NCBI RefSeq assembly: GCF_009914755.1
Contig: NC_060934.1
Direction: 5' to 3' (one strand)
DNA from: the human T2T-CHM13v2.0 reference genome, Homo sapiens
DNA length: 64,000 nt
Shown: positions 40,621 to 53,774 of the stretch, piece after piece
Position numbering within the stretch: position 1 is the first letter of the stretch
Layout: the number at the start of each line of letters is the position of its first letter
Translations under genes and position numbers: made by a program
The notes under the pieces: generated by a model
What the model was told of the DNA's origin: nothing
What the model saw: the letters and a program-made list of their open reading frames with translations, nothing else
The model's database searches: none

Positions 40621-42987
40621 AGTCTTGGGTCCTTGCTAATATTGTGGTAGGTAATGAGCCCTCACCCTAGTTAGACTGCAGCTTTCACCAGCAGATACCA
40701 TCGGACATTCCTTTGATCGTATATCTTCCACTATCAGCTTTGTGTCTCATTTTTTCAGCATACTTTCATTTAAACGTGAATGCACTTAGAGTAAAACCAC
40801 TCACTGCTCCTCAAATAATTCCCTTTAATCTTGTCTCTGCGTCTTTTGTCCCTGTGTCTTTCTTTTATTTATTTATTTATATTTTTCTTTTTAGTACCCT
40901 TCCCCTTTGTCAGCTTTGCAAAATCCTTCCAGACCCTGTTTAAATCTTTCCTCCTCCGTTTAGAAACTGGCTTGAAGGGGAGAGGTGTCATTGCCAGATC
41001 ATGAGGCCCTGGGAGGAAATCTGCTGGAAGGTGGGGAGGTGTATGGAGGATGGAAGCAGACACATGAGTTAAGAGGCTGATGTATTAGAGCATGAAAGAG
41101 GTGACGTGGTCTTGAATCTGGGATGATCTCCAAGGAGATGTTCCTGATGAGCTTATGACTTGGGCAAATTGGCTAAGCAACCTGAGCCTCTGGGCCTTTG
41201 TAAAATTGCAGAGATGGTCCTATAGTCTCTAAATTATCTTTCAGATTAAATATTCTGAATTTGGTGGGCTGTAAGCAAATGTGCACAGGCCTGTTCCAAA
41301 GACTTCTTAGTTTGGATCAGTACATTTTAGTATGTCACTTCTATTGCTAAAAATCTTTATTTTCAAATTTTTCTGTCAAAGGTTTTTCTGAAACATCAAC
41401 TGAGAATGAGGGGAAAATGTTGCTTTAGGAGATTTTATCTAATCTTATTAATAGCAAATTGTATAGAGATTTCTTATGAACATTTAAGAAATAGAATTCA
41501 TTCATCCTAATCGACTGCTAGAGAAGCATTTGTTTATAGAGAGACTGGGTCCTTTCATATCAGAAAGCAAGTGACACCTCAGGGAAACATCAGCTATGGC
41601 TTTAAGCAGATGTGAGTGTCAACAAGGTTTGAGTTCCTCATGTGCCTTATTGACACTTCCTGTTATAAATATGACTTATAGGTCTTTTCAACAATGACAA
41701 TGACAATTGAGGCCTGAAATTATGCCCGATTGTCTGAATACTTAGATAAGACGGCATTATTTTCTATATATTTTATTTGTGATCAAGTTCTGTGATTGCC
41801 TTTCTACTTAGTTTTTGCTGTTTTTATAAAAATATATACTAAAGACAAAAATCCTGACCTCATTCACACATCACGTATTAGTAGAGCATGTATGAGGTAT
41901 TGGGTAATGAGCTAGGCTTCTACTCACGGACCTACAATTAATGTGAGAAGTGAAGCTAAAGACCCAACCTGATGATTAGTTGAGACTTTTCAAGTATTTC
42001 TCTCTAGAAAAGGCATTGATTTGAGGATGTTGTTTCACATTTCTGAGATGCATCTAGGAGTTGTCATGTACCATTAGTATATAAATCCGGAGTGGCTAAT
42101 CAGGAGGGAAAAAGAGAATAATTTAGGAGTGACAACCAGATACGTAGAGAAGATGATGTAGATGACAGTCTGATGGGGGTACTGGAATTAGTGCATAGTA
42201 CTTAGGTAAGTCTCATGTGTTCCTCTGCAGTTTGGATCATAAGGTTGTCTGATAGAGCCTGTTGTAGACATCAGATAGGCACCATCTGCATGTAACCCTT
42301 CCTATTTCTATTTGTCCTACCTGCAAATCATTTTATTTTTGAAGCACATCTACTCATTGTCTACATAGACTTTAAAGACTCACACTATATTTTATTTCAA
42401 CTGTTTCCTGCTTTCATGTGATGGAATTACAGCTTTCCACACATTGTTTGCTGCCAAGACCCTAATTGGTTATTGGACATAAATGTCCTGGGAGAAAGTC
42501 ACCATCCCAACATGAGTTTTAGCCTCTTGCTTTTCCAAATGTTTGCAATATCTTTCCAACAATTTCTTTCCCTCTAATCATGTTCTGCTTCTAAATGAGA
42601 CATCTGTCAAAGTACATAAAAAGACAAATGTTATAAAAGTGAAATGATATCTAATTTTTGACTTATTTAGGGGGCATCTTGACTTACATGTTTTCATTAC
42701 ACTTGAAATATAATAATTACTGCATGTTCAATAACATCAATTTGAGCAAGTAAACTTGCAAGGACTCAATAAGGGGAACTGACAGTCATGAATACCTACT
42801 TTGTGTCTGGGGATTTGCTAACATTATTTCATTACCTTGCAACGGGGTGTGTGGAGTGTTGCTACTCATGTCCACCTATGTAAAGTTCAGAGGCCTCCAT
42901 GAGTCCAGAATACATAATTACATGAATCAGAGTTAGGATGTGAACACACATCCATAGGACTACAATGTAATTTCCTTTCTTGTTGGA

Positions 42988-43153
42988 ATTTAAAGTGTGA
43001 TCCAAGGCCAGCAACATCAGCATCATCTGGGAGCTTGTTAGATACACAGAATCTCAAGTGCCACCCCAAAGCAAACTGCTTCAGAATCTTTGTTTTATTA
43101 ATAATAAGCTCCCTTGATGAATCCTATGCACATTCAAGAGTGAGAAATACTGA
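42988..43153. mobile_element. MER5A
   Basis: AAAGTGTGATCCAAGGCCAGCAACATCAGCATCATCTGGGAGCTTGTTAGATACACAGAATCTC...GCACATTCAAGAGTGAGAAATACTG. Confidence 0.8.
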
Positions 43154-44759
43154 TTTATACATCATGCCTCCAAAGCAAGCTTCTTTTTCCCTTTTTCCCT
43201 GTTTCCTGTCTTCTCTTATATGGCTGCAAAGACAGTCATATGGCATACTTTTTAAATAAATTTATTTCATTTATTTTTTCACAAAACACATCTAATTTTC
43301 TTTGAAACAGTCCAGGGACTCACAGTACTATTCCTTGTTTACAAATCCTTTTTCTTTCTTTACCTAAATAGTCTCCTCTCACAGACAATTTCTTTCCTTC
43401 TTCATCTTTCTCAATAACTGCAAAAATTTTCTCCAATAAATTGACTCCCATTATCGTAAGGGGGTAGATGTATCTGGTGTTACCCTTTCTGTGTTGTGAA
43501 TGAGGAACATTTATGGTTAATTCGTAGGTTCTTCACTTATTTTCATCTCATTTTTCATGTATCTTGAATAATTGCTCTCATAAATGCCCCTCAAACATAA
43601 TTTCTACACACGTAGTAAAAAAAAAAAAGCACAGTAGTCAAGTCGCTATTTTGAATAAGCACCTTAGAGTTTCTCCTTTCATTTTGTTTATAGCTTATAA
43701 ATACAGTTTCTACTTACACTGTGTATCACACAGTTAAATCTGAATGATACATTGAGATCATTTTACTAAATGTTCCAGAAAATAAATATTCAAATTCATT
43801 TAAATTCAATAAAGGAGTCGACTCATTTCATTTTACTATTACAAATTACTTATAATTTTTGGTGATCAGTGACATTATGTAATTAAACACACACATTTTT
43901 CTTTTAATTTTGAGATATTTTTATGATAATATAAATGTGTGAGATCTTTCATAGATGATTATATATGTGATTAACTTTTTTAGATAGCCTTAGAATGAAA
44001 AAAATCTCTCCAATTAAACTGTTATTTTTTAGAAATACTTCATTAGCTTTTTCTGCAATGACAAAACTTTTACCTATTTATGATTAATAGAATTACCCAT
44101 GCTTCATGTTTTAAATCAAACCCGGAATTTAGACAACTAAAGTAATCTCAAAATTATGAATTTATTCCTTATACAGCTACTTATTTATTGTTTTTTCACC
44201 TGTCCTGGGATAAGATGATAAAACAATATATGGCTCCTGCCATAATATTATGATTAAACCCACATATAAACACTAAAATTACGTGAATTTTTACTAAAAT
44301 TGCATGAATTACATGTATTGGGGTCAGTGCTACAGTGTTGTCTGTTCACAGTAGAGGTGCTATTTGGCTTGAGCCTTGAGGAATAATGGCAGATCAATGG
44401 GTTTAGTACTGAAGGCAAAGAAATGAGGAATGCTGGCATATGCTGTAGCAGTGACTGAGAGGAGGCGATGGTGGGATATGAAGTTGGACAAGAGGGTCAA
44501 GGCCAGTTCAAGACAACACATGCACCATGCAAAGAAGGGAACAGCCATGAGAAGCCATTAAAGAGCCCCATCCCATATTATCCAATATATATTTAGTACT
44601 CGCCATTTGCCAATGATTGTGCTAGTGACTGTGTATGCAATTCAGTTGTGTATGTAAAGGAGAAAAAAAATGATGAGTCTCAGGGCATATTAAACAAAGT
44701 AGAAGATATGGGATTTGAACCAAAGATCCACTGTTTTCAACACTCATTCTTCTTCTTTA

Positions 44760-45800
44760 TAATCATAAAATATATCATTTATACAAAAAATATATATTAT
44801 ATTTATAAAATGTGAAAAAAACAACATTAGTATTCCCATGTACCCCATTTAAAAAATGTGAACATAATAACACCATTGAGACAAGTCCTGTGCTCCTCTG
44901 AGATGTAAATTATCTTCCTTAGCATTCCTAAGTTTGTAACTATGTCCCCATAATATATTATATCTTATCATACAGAAACGTATTTAAATAGTTTTAACAC
45001 ATAATGTATATTTTGGTGATTTTTAAGAAATTCAACCTTATGTTTGTGAGATTTGTCCCTGTTAACGTGGCTGTAGAGAATTTACTTTCAGGGTTCATTT
45101 GTGTTTCAACCTCATTTCTTGTTTCTAGATTTTTGCTTTACTATCAATGACACTAGAGAATTTTTATGTAAGAAATATTCATCTTTAATTCTGCAAGAGA
45201 TAATCCTAAGTAGTTTTCCAGGTTTTTTTCAGTGATTTACACCCCCATTCTCACAATCTGCTTTCCATGACCTTGTCAATAAAACTTCATTATTTTTTTT
45301 AAATTTAAGATAATCTACTGGGTTGTAAAGGCATTTCAATAATCCAATTTCTACACAGGTTTTTTTTTTTCTTATAACTTGTTGATTTTTATATTTCTGC
45401 TCTTGTGAAAGCCAACTCCTGATTTGAAAGTTGCTTTTTCTTATTGATATATATAGGATAGGTATTTTTTACATATTCTGGATACTAATTCCTTTGGCAA
45501 TTATGTGTCTTGTAAATTACCTCCCAGTTTATGGCTTGCCCTATGATTTTGACAGGCAGAGGTTCTTAATTGTAGTACAGTTAAAGATATCAGCCCATCC
45601 TAATTCTTTGTGTGCTTCATGTCTTGTTTAAAAGTAGCCCTACCCTAAGGTTATGGATATGTATTGGTCTATTTCCTTTGAAAAGTTTTAAAGATCTGGT
45701 TTTTATACTTAAGTATAAAATCCATTTGGGATTGACAGTTGTGAATGATTTAGCAGTGGATCTCCAATGCTGTTTTTTTCTATGTGAATGTTTTTGAAGA
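44760..45800 (-). mobile_element. Degraded L1ME-type 3' region
   Basis: ATATTCTGGATACTAATTCCTTTG, GGTTCTTAATTGTAGTACAG, TCCATTTGGGATTGAC. Confidence 0.6.
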
Positions 45801-45855
45801 GTTTTAGGCTGAGATGTTGCACTAGGTTCATTTTTGCTTAAAATGGACTTGATTA

Positions 45856-46272
<417 letters not shown>

Positions 46273-46399
46273 TTAAAAGCCACTAAAAACAGGATTTGTT
46301 ATCTAATTTTAATGGGTATGTCATACATTTTTCTCTTTAAATTCTTATGAATTTTCAGAATAAAATATACTACTGCCCTACTATGGAGAGGTGTCCTTG

Positions 46400-46765
46400 T
46401 GTGTCCTTTACTTGCAGTGTTCTTCCTTTAGTCATTTGCAGGGCCCCTTCCTTCACTTCCTTCAAATCTCCACTGAAATTCACTTTTTCACTGGGGGCTC
46501 CTTTGAGCCTCCTTTGCAAAATAGCCATATCTGTCTCCCAAGCATATATACATACAAACGCCTGGCAATGAATGCCTGCCTAGCTCTTTACCATGATATG
46601 TATTGCTTCATATGACTTATAACCATCTTCACATGATTTGTTTTGTAATGTTTATATTTTCACTAGATAACAAACTCTATGAAGGAAGAAGCTTCACCTG
46701 TTTGTTCACTGCCATATCACCAGAGCCTACTTCTGTATCCATTAAATATTCGTTGAATAAACAAA
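46400..46765 (+). mobile_element. L2 3' end
   Basis: CCTTCACTTCCTTCAAATCTCCACTGAAATTCAC...TTTGTTCACTGCCATATCACCAGAGCCTA...ATTAAATATTCGTTGAATAAA. Confidence 0.75.
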
Positions 46766-47516
46766 AGGGCAGAAAGAACTTGTATGTCAATGATGTGCGT
46801 TCCCTTTTTAGAAAGGGAGGCTTGTGGCGACCTTCTAAAGTTTTTGGAATTTTAACCAGCTTTTGTTTCTCCTGCAATGGTGAAATTCTGGGGAGATATC
46901 AGTGACCCATTTGGCTTAGAGCTACCTTCCTATTAGATTCTATTGTAACACTTGTGGAACAGGTGAAAAGTAAAGGTGACAGGCAGTAGGAACCATTGGG
47001 AATACACCAATTTGGGCTGCACATGCCGAGGTTAGTCCATTCATCATCTTTATTCCACATTGACAGTAAAAGCAATGATCTCTAAATTAATTAGATCCTT
47101 AGAGATAAAGCAAAATAAAACTGTGAACATTAATAGGCCCGTATTTCAACACCTGCCTGGACTGAGGCAAGCTCTTCCTGTTCAATTGCTTTCCTTCCCT
47201 GCCATGGAGCTGCATTCACCAGCAGTCCTCCAGGGGGCAGGCTTTGAAATTTTCAGAGTTGGATTGCCCAGTCTGTCTTAATCCATACTTCAGGGAAGAA
47301 ACCATGATAGTTGACTGAATAAACATGTAAAACACCTTGTAGACTGGATCCTACAATCTTTGGTCACACCAGAGCTTGGCAAGCATGTTGTCTTCAAGCC
47401 ACACTTTAGAGACAGAAACTTAAAGAGATGTCAGCTGGCTTCAGTGTTGGTATGAAGCCTGATAGCTCAGCTGAGTTAAATGACTCCCAACAACCAAATA
47501 CATGGCTCTTCTAGAC

Positions 47517-47684
47517 CAGGGTTTCTCAAATGTTAATGTGTATATAATTATGTGGAGATCTTGTTGAAATGTAGGTTCCAGTTCGCTATGTCTGTGTGGG
47601 AATCTAAGATCCTCTATTTCTCCCAGTCTCCTCTCAGTTGATGCTGATATTCCTAGTCCCTGAATCATCCTTTGAGAAGCAAGG
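47517..47684. mobile_element. MER5A
   Basis: CAGGGTTTCTCAAATGTTAATGTGTAT...GTTGATGCTGAT...CTTTGAGAAGCAAGG. Confidence 0.7.
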
Positions 47685-47899
47685 CACCTAGATTTCTGGT
47701 CAAAATGCTGAAAATTAACAACCCAAATTTAAAGATATGTGGTTTGTTTTGCTTTTTTGTTTTGTTTTTCTTTGAGGCAAATTACTAGAACCAACCAACC
47801 AATGAAGGTTCTTCGGCTCAAGAACAAAAAGTCTACTTTGAAATTTACATTTTGACATGAAGCAAAATAAAATGTTAAGCCTAGTTATTTTTCATTTAA

Positions 47900-48480
47900 T
47901 CCTAGGTGAGATAAAAAATAATACTGCTTCTATTAAACTGACATAATTATAGTAAAATGTGGGTGAAATAAAAATAAGATCTTTATTGTATATGGAAAAT
48001 GTAGAATCAACACTGCTAAAAACCACATCAATAAAACAAAAGATGAATTTAAAAAGCACACTCAGGATGCAAAAGCAACCTCTCAGGAGATAAAAATTAG
48101 CATAAGAGTTATGAATGAAACAAAACTCAGGACCATAGAAATATTGAGAAACCTGGCTTATCACACTCAAATAAAATTACTCAGTAGAAACTAACATGTA
48201 GACATTTTCTGATAAGTTTTGAAACTGCAAAGCAAAAGTTAGATGTTTTATTCTACATAGTACAAAAAATATGTTTATTTCAAAGAAGATAACCAGACAA
48301 AATTTGAATTTCTCCTCTGCAATAGTCAAAACCAGAAAGCAAAAAGAAACATCTATAAAAGTGTTAGAAAAATCAAATGTGAACCAAGATTTTACATCTT
48401 GACATGTTGTCCTTAAATGTAATAGCAACAGAAAGACATTTTCAGTCATGCAATAACTCAAGAAATTTATCAGCAGGTAT
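47900..48480 (+). mobile_element. L1/HAL1-type ORF1 C-terminal remnant
   Basis: TGAATTTCTCCTCTGCAATAGTCAAAACCAGAAAGC...TGTGAACCAAGATTTTACATC...GAAAGACATTTTCAGTCATGCAATAACTCAAGAAATTT, matching degraded DFSS..R..PRILY..KTFS motifs. Confidence 0.6.
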
Positions 48481-48628
48481 CAATCTTTGAAACCTGTGCT
48501 CATATCACTCATGGCAGACCACAGCATGTCCTAGATCTGAAATGTATGAGTGTTTTGATGAGTTAATCAAGTTAAAGTAAAAAAAACACAAAGTACATTA
48601 TTCATCATTATTCATACCCTCTGTTTCT

Positions 48629-48931
48629 CTTTTTTTTTTTTTTTTTTTTGAGACAGGGTCTTGCTCTGTTGCCCAGGCTGGAGTATAGTGGCAAAATCTT
48701 AGCTCACTGCAACCTCTTCCTCCCAGGCTCAAGTGATTCTCCTGCCTCAGCCTCCTGAGTAGCTGGGATTACAGGCATCCACCACCACACCTGGCTAATT
48801 TTTGTATTTTTAATAGAAATGAGGTTTCACCATGTTGGCCAAGCTGGTCTCAAACTCCTGACCTCAAGTGATCCACCCGCCTCAGCCTCCCAAAGTGGTG
48901 GGATTACAGATGTGAGCCACCGTGCCCAGCC
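48629..48931 (-). mobile_element. AluS (Sz-like)
   Basis: Poly-T, full dimer, CTGACCTCAAGTGATCC. Confidence 0.95.
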
Positions 48932-50129
48932 TGTACCTTTTTAAATAAGTCTTAGTATATTGCATTATAACATTGTAGTTGCTTCCATATGAGACTTCCT
49001 CGAGAGCATGGTAATCTTGAGAACAAAGATCTTTATTTACACTTTTACACCTTTATTTGTATTATCAACAATATGCTCAGAAAATGCTTATTAATTAAAC
49101 GGGCTGTCTTTTGTAACACAGTCTCATTTATATTCATTCTCTTAACTCCTAGATCTGATCACGTTTCAGAATTTTGTGGTGGAGACCATAAAAATCATTG
49201 ACAAATCAAATTTAGAGATTGTATATTGAAGCGATCTTTCCAAACCCAATTTTAATTTTTAAAGTAACTGAGGGCCCAAAGCTGTGTCTGAAGCATGACT
49301 TGGAACGTGTGTACACACAGGTCTTGAGAGGACTATGGGAAACAGCAGCTGGCCTGGCGCGTGACTCCTCAGTCCCAGATTCATAGAGCATCAGGGCTGC
49401 TACTTAGAAGTTACTCGTACTCTGTGCAGGTGGCACGGTTCACTCCCAGGAATGCTCTTCTTTTCATTGCTAATCATTGTTCACCATTATCTTTGCAGGC
49501 TTTATCAGGATCTCCTTTGATGTAATTTGTAGTATAATTGAATTGCAGCAGATGAAAGCATTTCCTCCCAAGCTCTATGACTCATAACCAAGTGGTTTTC
49601 AATTATGTCAGCATGTAGCTTTCCAAACAGGTCTTTTCATTGACCACTATTTGTATACACTATTGAGTTAACTTTGGCAAACATACCAATTCATAGACTA
49701 CTGTGGATTCTAATTAAACTGAGATGGAGAAAGATAAAATGATCATTAATTTACATTAAAGAGTAGAACAGGGTGTTTAGAGATTTGCCTAGGATTAATT
49801 TTATAAATAATATTAATCACTATCATTACTAGTAAATGCTAATGCACATTCTAAAACCCAGAGGCCGCATGGGGCTTCTCCCCGAAGACTACCACTGATG
49901 AGGAAGCCTGTGGAGCCAGGTTTATGATATGGGAAATTTCTTGATCCTAGTGTTAAATAATTTAGTATTCTCTCATCCTCCCATGATGCCTCTATAGTAG
50001 AAAGGCCGACAGCTACTTCTGACCCATGAGAAAACATTTCATCCTGTAAAGCCTAAGAGAGAATTATTTTTTGAGTTTTAGGACCAAGAAGTCAGAATTT
50101 TACTCTTTTATTTTCATTTTATAATAACC

Positions 50130-50430
50130 AACAATTTCACATGTATTTTCTGTATAATTTAAAAAGCACTTTTATAAATATCATCTTACTTCATTCTCAG
50201 CACTAAGCCTGTATGAGTCATAGTGAACACTTGCACACTATCATGTTTGGTAGTCTGCTAAGCACTTTATGTGAGAGGCCTCCTTTAATCCTCACAACTC
50301 TGTGTTGTGCCACCTGAGACTGTATCCATTTTACAGAGAAGGAAAGTGCAGTACAGAAAGTTTGCATAGACTTCTAGAGATCACAGAGCTACTCAGTACT
50401 GGAGCAAAAGTCCAAACCCACCATGCTGAT
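50130..50430 (-). mobile_element. MIR fragments
   Basis: TTTAATCCTCACAACTCTG...CCATTTTACAGAGAAGGAAAGTGCAG...AGATCACAGAGCTA. Confidence 0.65.
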
Positions 50431-51048
50431 CTGCTTCTAGAAAAATGTTCTCATGATTGTTGCTCTGAGAGTGTGCATTGCGGTCATCGCCGTCCTCCTG
50501 GTTTAAAGAAGTATCTTCCAAAACCCATGTTAGTAAGAGGTTGGCTTTGGTCATACCATCCTAGGAAATAATTTTTTAAAATTTGCTATGGCATCCTGAT
50601 GAAAGTTTGTTGTGCCTTCTCCAGAGTTTCCATAAAATGTCCAGGTACTTTTTGCTTTCATTTTCTGTTCCAGTTAAACTCAGGACCTCCCTTGCATCTC
50701 ACCTGGAACAACTGCTCTTTACTCTTTGGCCCAAATGTGAGACCTGGCCCCATTTCATTGATTTCCCCACCATTTGTCAAAGAAATAGCAAAGCTTTGGG
50801 GAAATGTATGAGGTGTTCACTTAAAAGCTTACAACAAACATCATGAGAGGTTTGACACTTTTGTTTCTTTAAATTTTTTGTGTCTACTACCTAAATTTCC
50901 TCAAAAATTTTCTCTTCCTGATCTTTCTCTTGAGCTCTCTGCTTTCCCCCATGTGGCTAGAACCCTTCTTTTTCCTCTCCTGATGTCATGAACTTATAAA
51001 TTCCCTTTGGTCTGGAAATCTCAATATTCTCATTGTAACATGTGTATA

Positions 51049-52280
51049 TGTCATGGGATCCTCCAGGTGTCACTTCACCTGGAGGTTCACAGAGGTTTCA
51101 GCTGGAAACCTCTGTGTCCGGTTGTGCCTTCTGCCTAAGTATTGCTCACACCTGCTGGGCTTATTCCGCCCACTTCACCTGGCAGGCTGCACTCGGCTCA
51201 TGCTACTGGCCTGGATCCCACACCTGCTAAGAGTGAGCCAGGGGTGCAGCAGTGAGGGGTGTGTGGGCAAGCAAGCACGGAGACCAGCCACTGTGCACTG
51301 GCTAGGCATGCTGGCTGCTATGGCAGGGCAGGCAGCTCCAGGCGCTAGCACACGTTTTGGCTCTGTGTGAAGCTGTGGCTGGACCACATGTGGTACATGT
51401 GGCATGGCTGAATGGTATAATTGGGCATCTGCATCTGGACGAGAGGAACATGGTGTTGCCCAGAAGCTTGGAGACACCAGGAACCACAGAGCCCCAAAAA
51501 GGGTGTCACAGCCCTGGCTTAGGGATCCCCTATGTCTGGGCTCCCTGAACGGCCACAGCTCTTCTCTCCTTCTTGTCACCCACAATGTGGCAAGTGGGAG
51601 GTGAGGTGTTTCAGCCATGTTTTTTGTTACAGCTCTTCTAGTCCTGCCATTTGGCGTATCCCGAGTTCTTGTCCCACATCCAGGACGAATGAGGTATGCA
51701 GACAACTGGAGGGTGATCAAGGCAAAGAGGAGCTTCATTGAGCAACAGAACAGCTCTCAGGAGACCCGAAGTGGGTAGCTCCTTTCCGCAGGCAGGTCAT
51801 CCCGATGAGTGTCCAGCTCTCAGCAGAGAGGAGACCCAAAGTGGGTAGCTACTTTTCACAGACAGGTTGTCCTGATGTCTTTCTGTGAGTCCAGCTGAGT
51901 CCAGGGTTTTCCTGGGCTTCAGAAGGGAGGAAATGCATGCTGATTGGTCCATGGGCAGCCATGGGTGGGCCCAGAAAAAGCACCATAAGTTCTCACTCCT
52001 GGCCGTGGACTCCACCTGGAATTCCACCTGAAGGTGGGTCTTTACCCCTTCCCACAGAGGAGCCTGTCTGCCTCCTACTTCCTTAATCATGTTGTCCATA
52101 GTGCCCAGTCTGTTCAAGTGGAGGGGGCCTGCAGGCCCACACTGAGCCACCCTCAGCAGCCCCAACTCAGAAGGAGGTGGGGCTCCCAGCTGTTCCAGGC
52201 TCCCACAGGCTCAGCAGAGCACGCAGCCCCAGCCATGCTTCTCCTGCTGCAACTGGCATCCCCGCACCCAGCTCTGGACA
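51049..52280 (-). mobile_element. MER52-like ERV1 LTR
   Basis: TGTCATGGGATCC...GGAAACCTCTGTG terminus, GAGTTCTTGTCCCACATCCAGGACGAATGAGGTATGCAGACAACTGGAGGGTGA, internal GGAGACCC..AAGTGGGTAGCT repeats; right boundary uncertain. Confidence 0.85.
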
Positions 52281-53305
52281 TTAGATACACGTAATATCTT
52301 TGTTGCAGTCCTCATTTTCCCAGACCATGCCTGAGAGTGTTCCACTTTGTATGGAGGAATATGTGGGTATTTTCATAAATGAGGACCCCTCTACTAGAAA
52401 GTAACAAAGTATTTTCCTGAACAAAATTGTACTTATCTATGAAGTAGAAGAAATTGTATCAGTTTTGGTTTTAAATTCTAAATGATCTTGCCTTTTCCAC
52501 GCTGCTGAAAAGATTTCCCCAGTTTCCAGTCTTGCATTGTGCATTTGTCTCTTCCCCTTTAATTCAGCAATTCTACTGATGGCTTTCCAAGTAACAGCCC
52601 CTTCTGTATCATTGTGGCCTTTGGAACATTTTGGTTCCTGGACTGCCTTTCTTCCAGGACCTCAATGAATCTCTCAAGCTACAGATTTCAATAGCAAAAT
52701 TACCATTTAATAGCTGAGAAAACTGAAGCCCACCAATATTAAATAAGTTACCGAAAGCCAAATGGTGCCTGAGCTAGGACTACAAACCTGATATGGTAGA
52801 TTTTTTCTATATTTTAAGCCTGAACAATGCAAATTGCGATTTCATATAAATCTCACAGTTCTCAGAGTTCTGTGGCCTGTTTCCAGGCACTTGTGCTTGT
52901 TGGTTCTTTTTCTTTTTTTGCATAAACTTGCTTTGTTTGCTTCTCTTACCTCTACTCCTGGTTATTTTGTCCAAATTGGTCCAAGTTTGATTCAGGTAAG
53001 CCTGGACTCTTATCTCCATGAAGAATGAAGGTGTATGCCCCAAAACACCGAATAAAGATGGACTAAATGGATGAAAAGAGCTACTCTTGGTAAGGAAGTT
53101 TGCCAGGATATTACACTAGAAGTTCAATTCAGCAGCCATTAAAAGGTCTGTTTCCCTGGGGAGTTCTCTACTGAAAAGACATTAGAGCCTTTCTCCCTTG
53201 CTTCTTTTTGTATAGCAGCTTTTACATGGTAGCTGCTGAATGCACAGAATAATGTGGCTGATCCATTGAAGACCCAGCTTGCTCAGGTTAGAAAGACAGA
53301 GCTGT

Positions 53306-53774
53306 GTTACTAGGCAAAGTGTAAGAACAATTTATGATAAATAAGTGTGATGAAGGGAAGGTTCTTGGCTTCACTCAAGCCTGCGGTGGAAGAAAGCAGC
53401 TTTACTTAAGCAGCAGTGTTTATGCTTGGTGATTGCCCCTTGCAGAGCAGGGCTAGCCCATAGGCAGTGCGTGGAGAGTAGCCACGCATGGGCTGTTGGC
53501 TAGCTGCATTTATACCCACTATTAATTGTATGCAGATTAGGTGGTGGGTTATTTAGAAATCAATAGAAAATGGGGTGGTAACTTCTGGGTGTTGCCATGT
53601 GAAGGGGTGGTAACGCAGCGTTGCCATGGCATTTGTAACCGTCATGGCACTGGTGGGAGTGTCTTATGCTGATGGGCAGTGAGGACAACTAGAGGTTGTT
53701 TTCTGTGCCACTTGCTGGTTCTGGCCAGTGTCCTCTTTGGTTTGGGAAACAAGCCCTGCAAGTCTCCTACTTCA
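53306..53774 (-). mobile_element. ERV1 MER4-group solo LTR (MER66-like)
   Basis: GGGGTGGTAACTTCTGGGTGTTGCCATG, GTCATGGCACTGGTGGGAGTGTCTTATGC, end GAAACAAGCCCTGCAAGTCTCCTACTTCA. Confidence 0.75.

Noticed and set aside
51175-51738. 187-aa ORF and overlapping ORFs
   Set aside because: Lies wholly in a GC-rich MER52-like LTR where stops are scarce; no recognisable domain.
51751-51880. Tandem ~59-bp repeat GGAGACCC..AAGTGGGTAGCT
   Set aside because: As I recall, a native internal repeat of MER52-type LTRs rather than a separate array.
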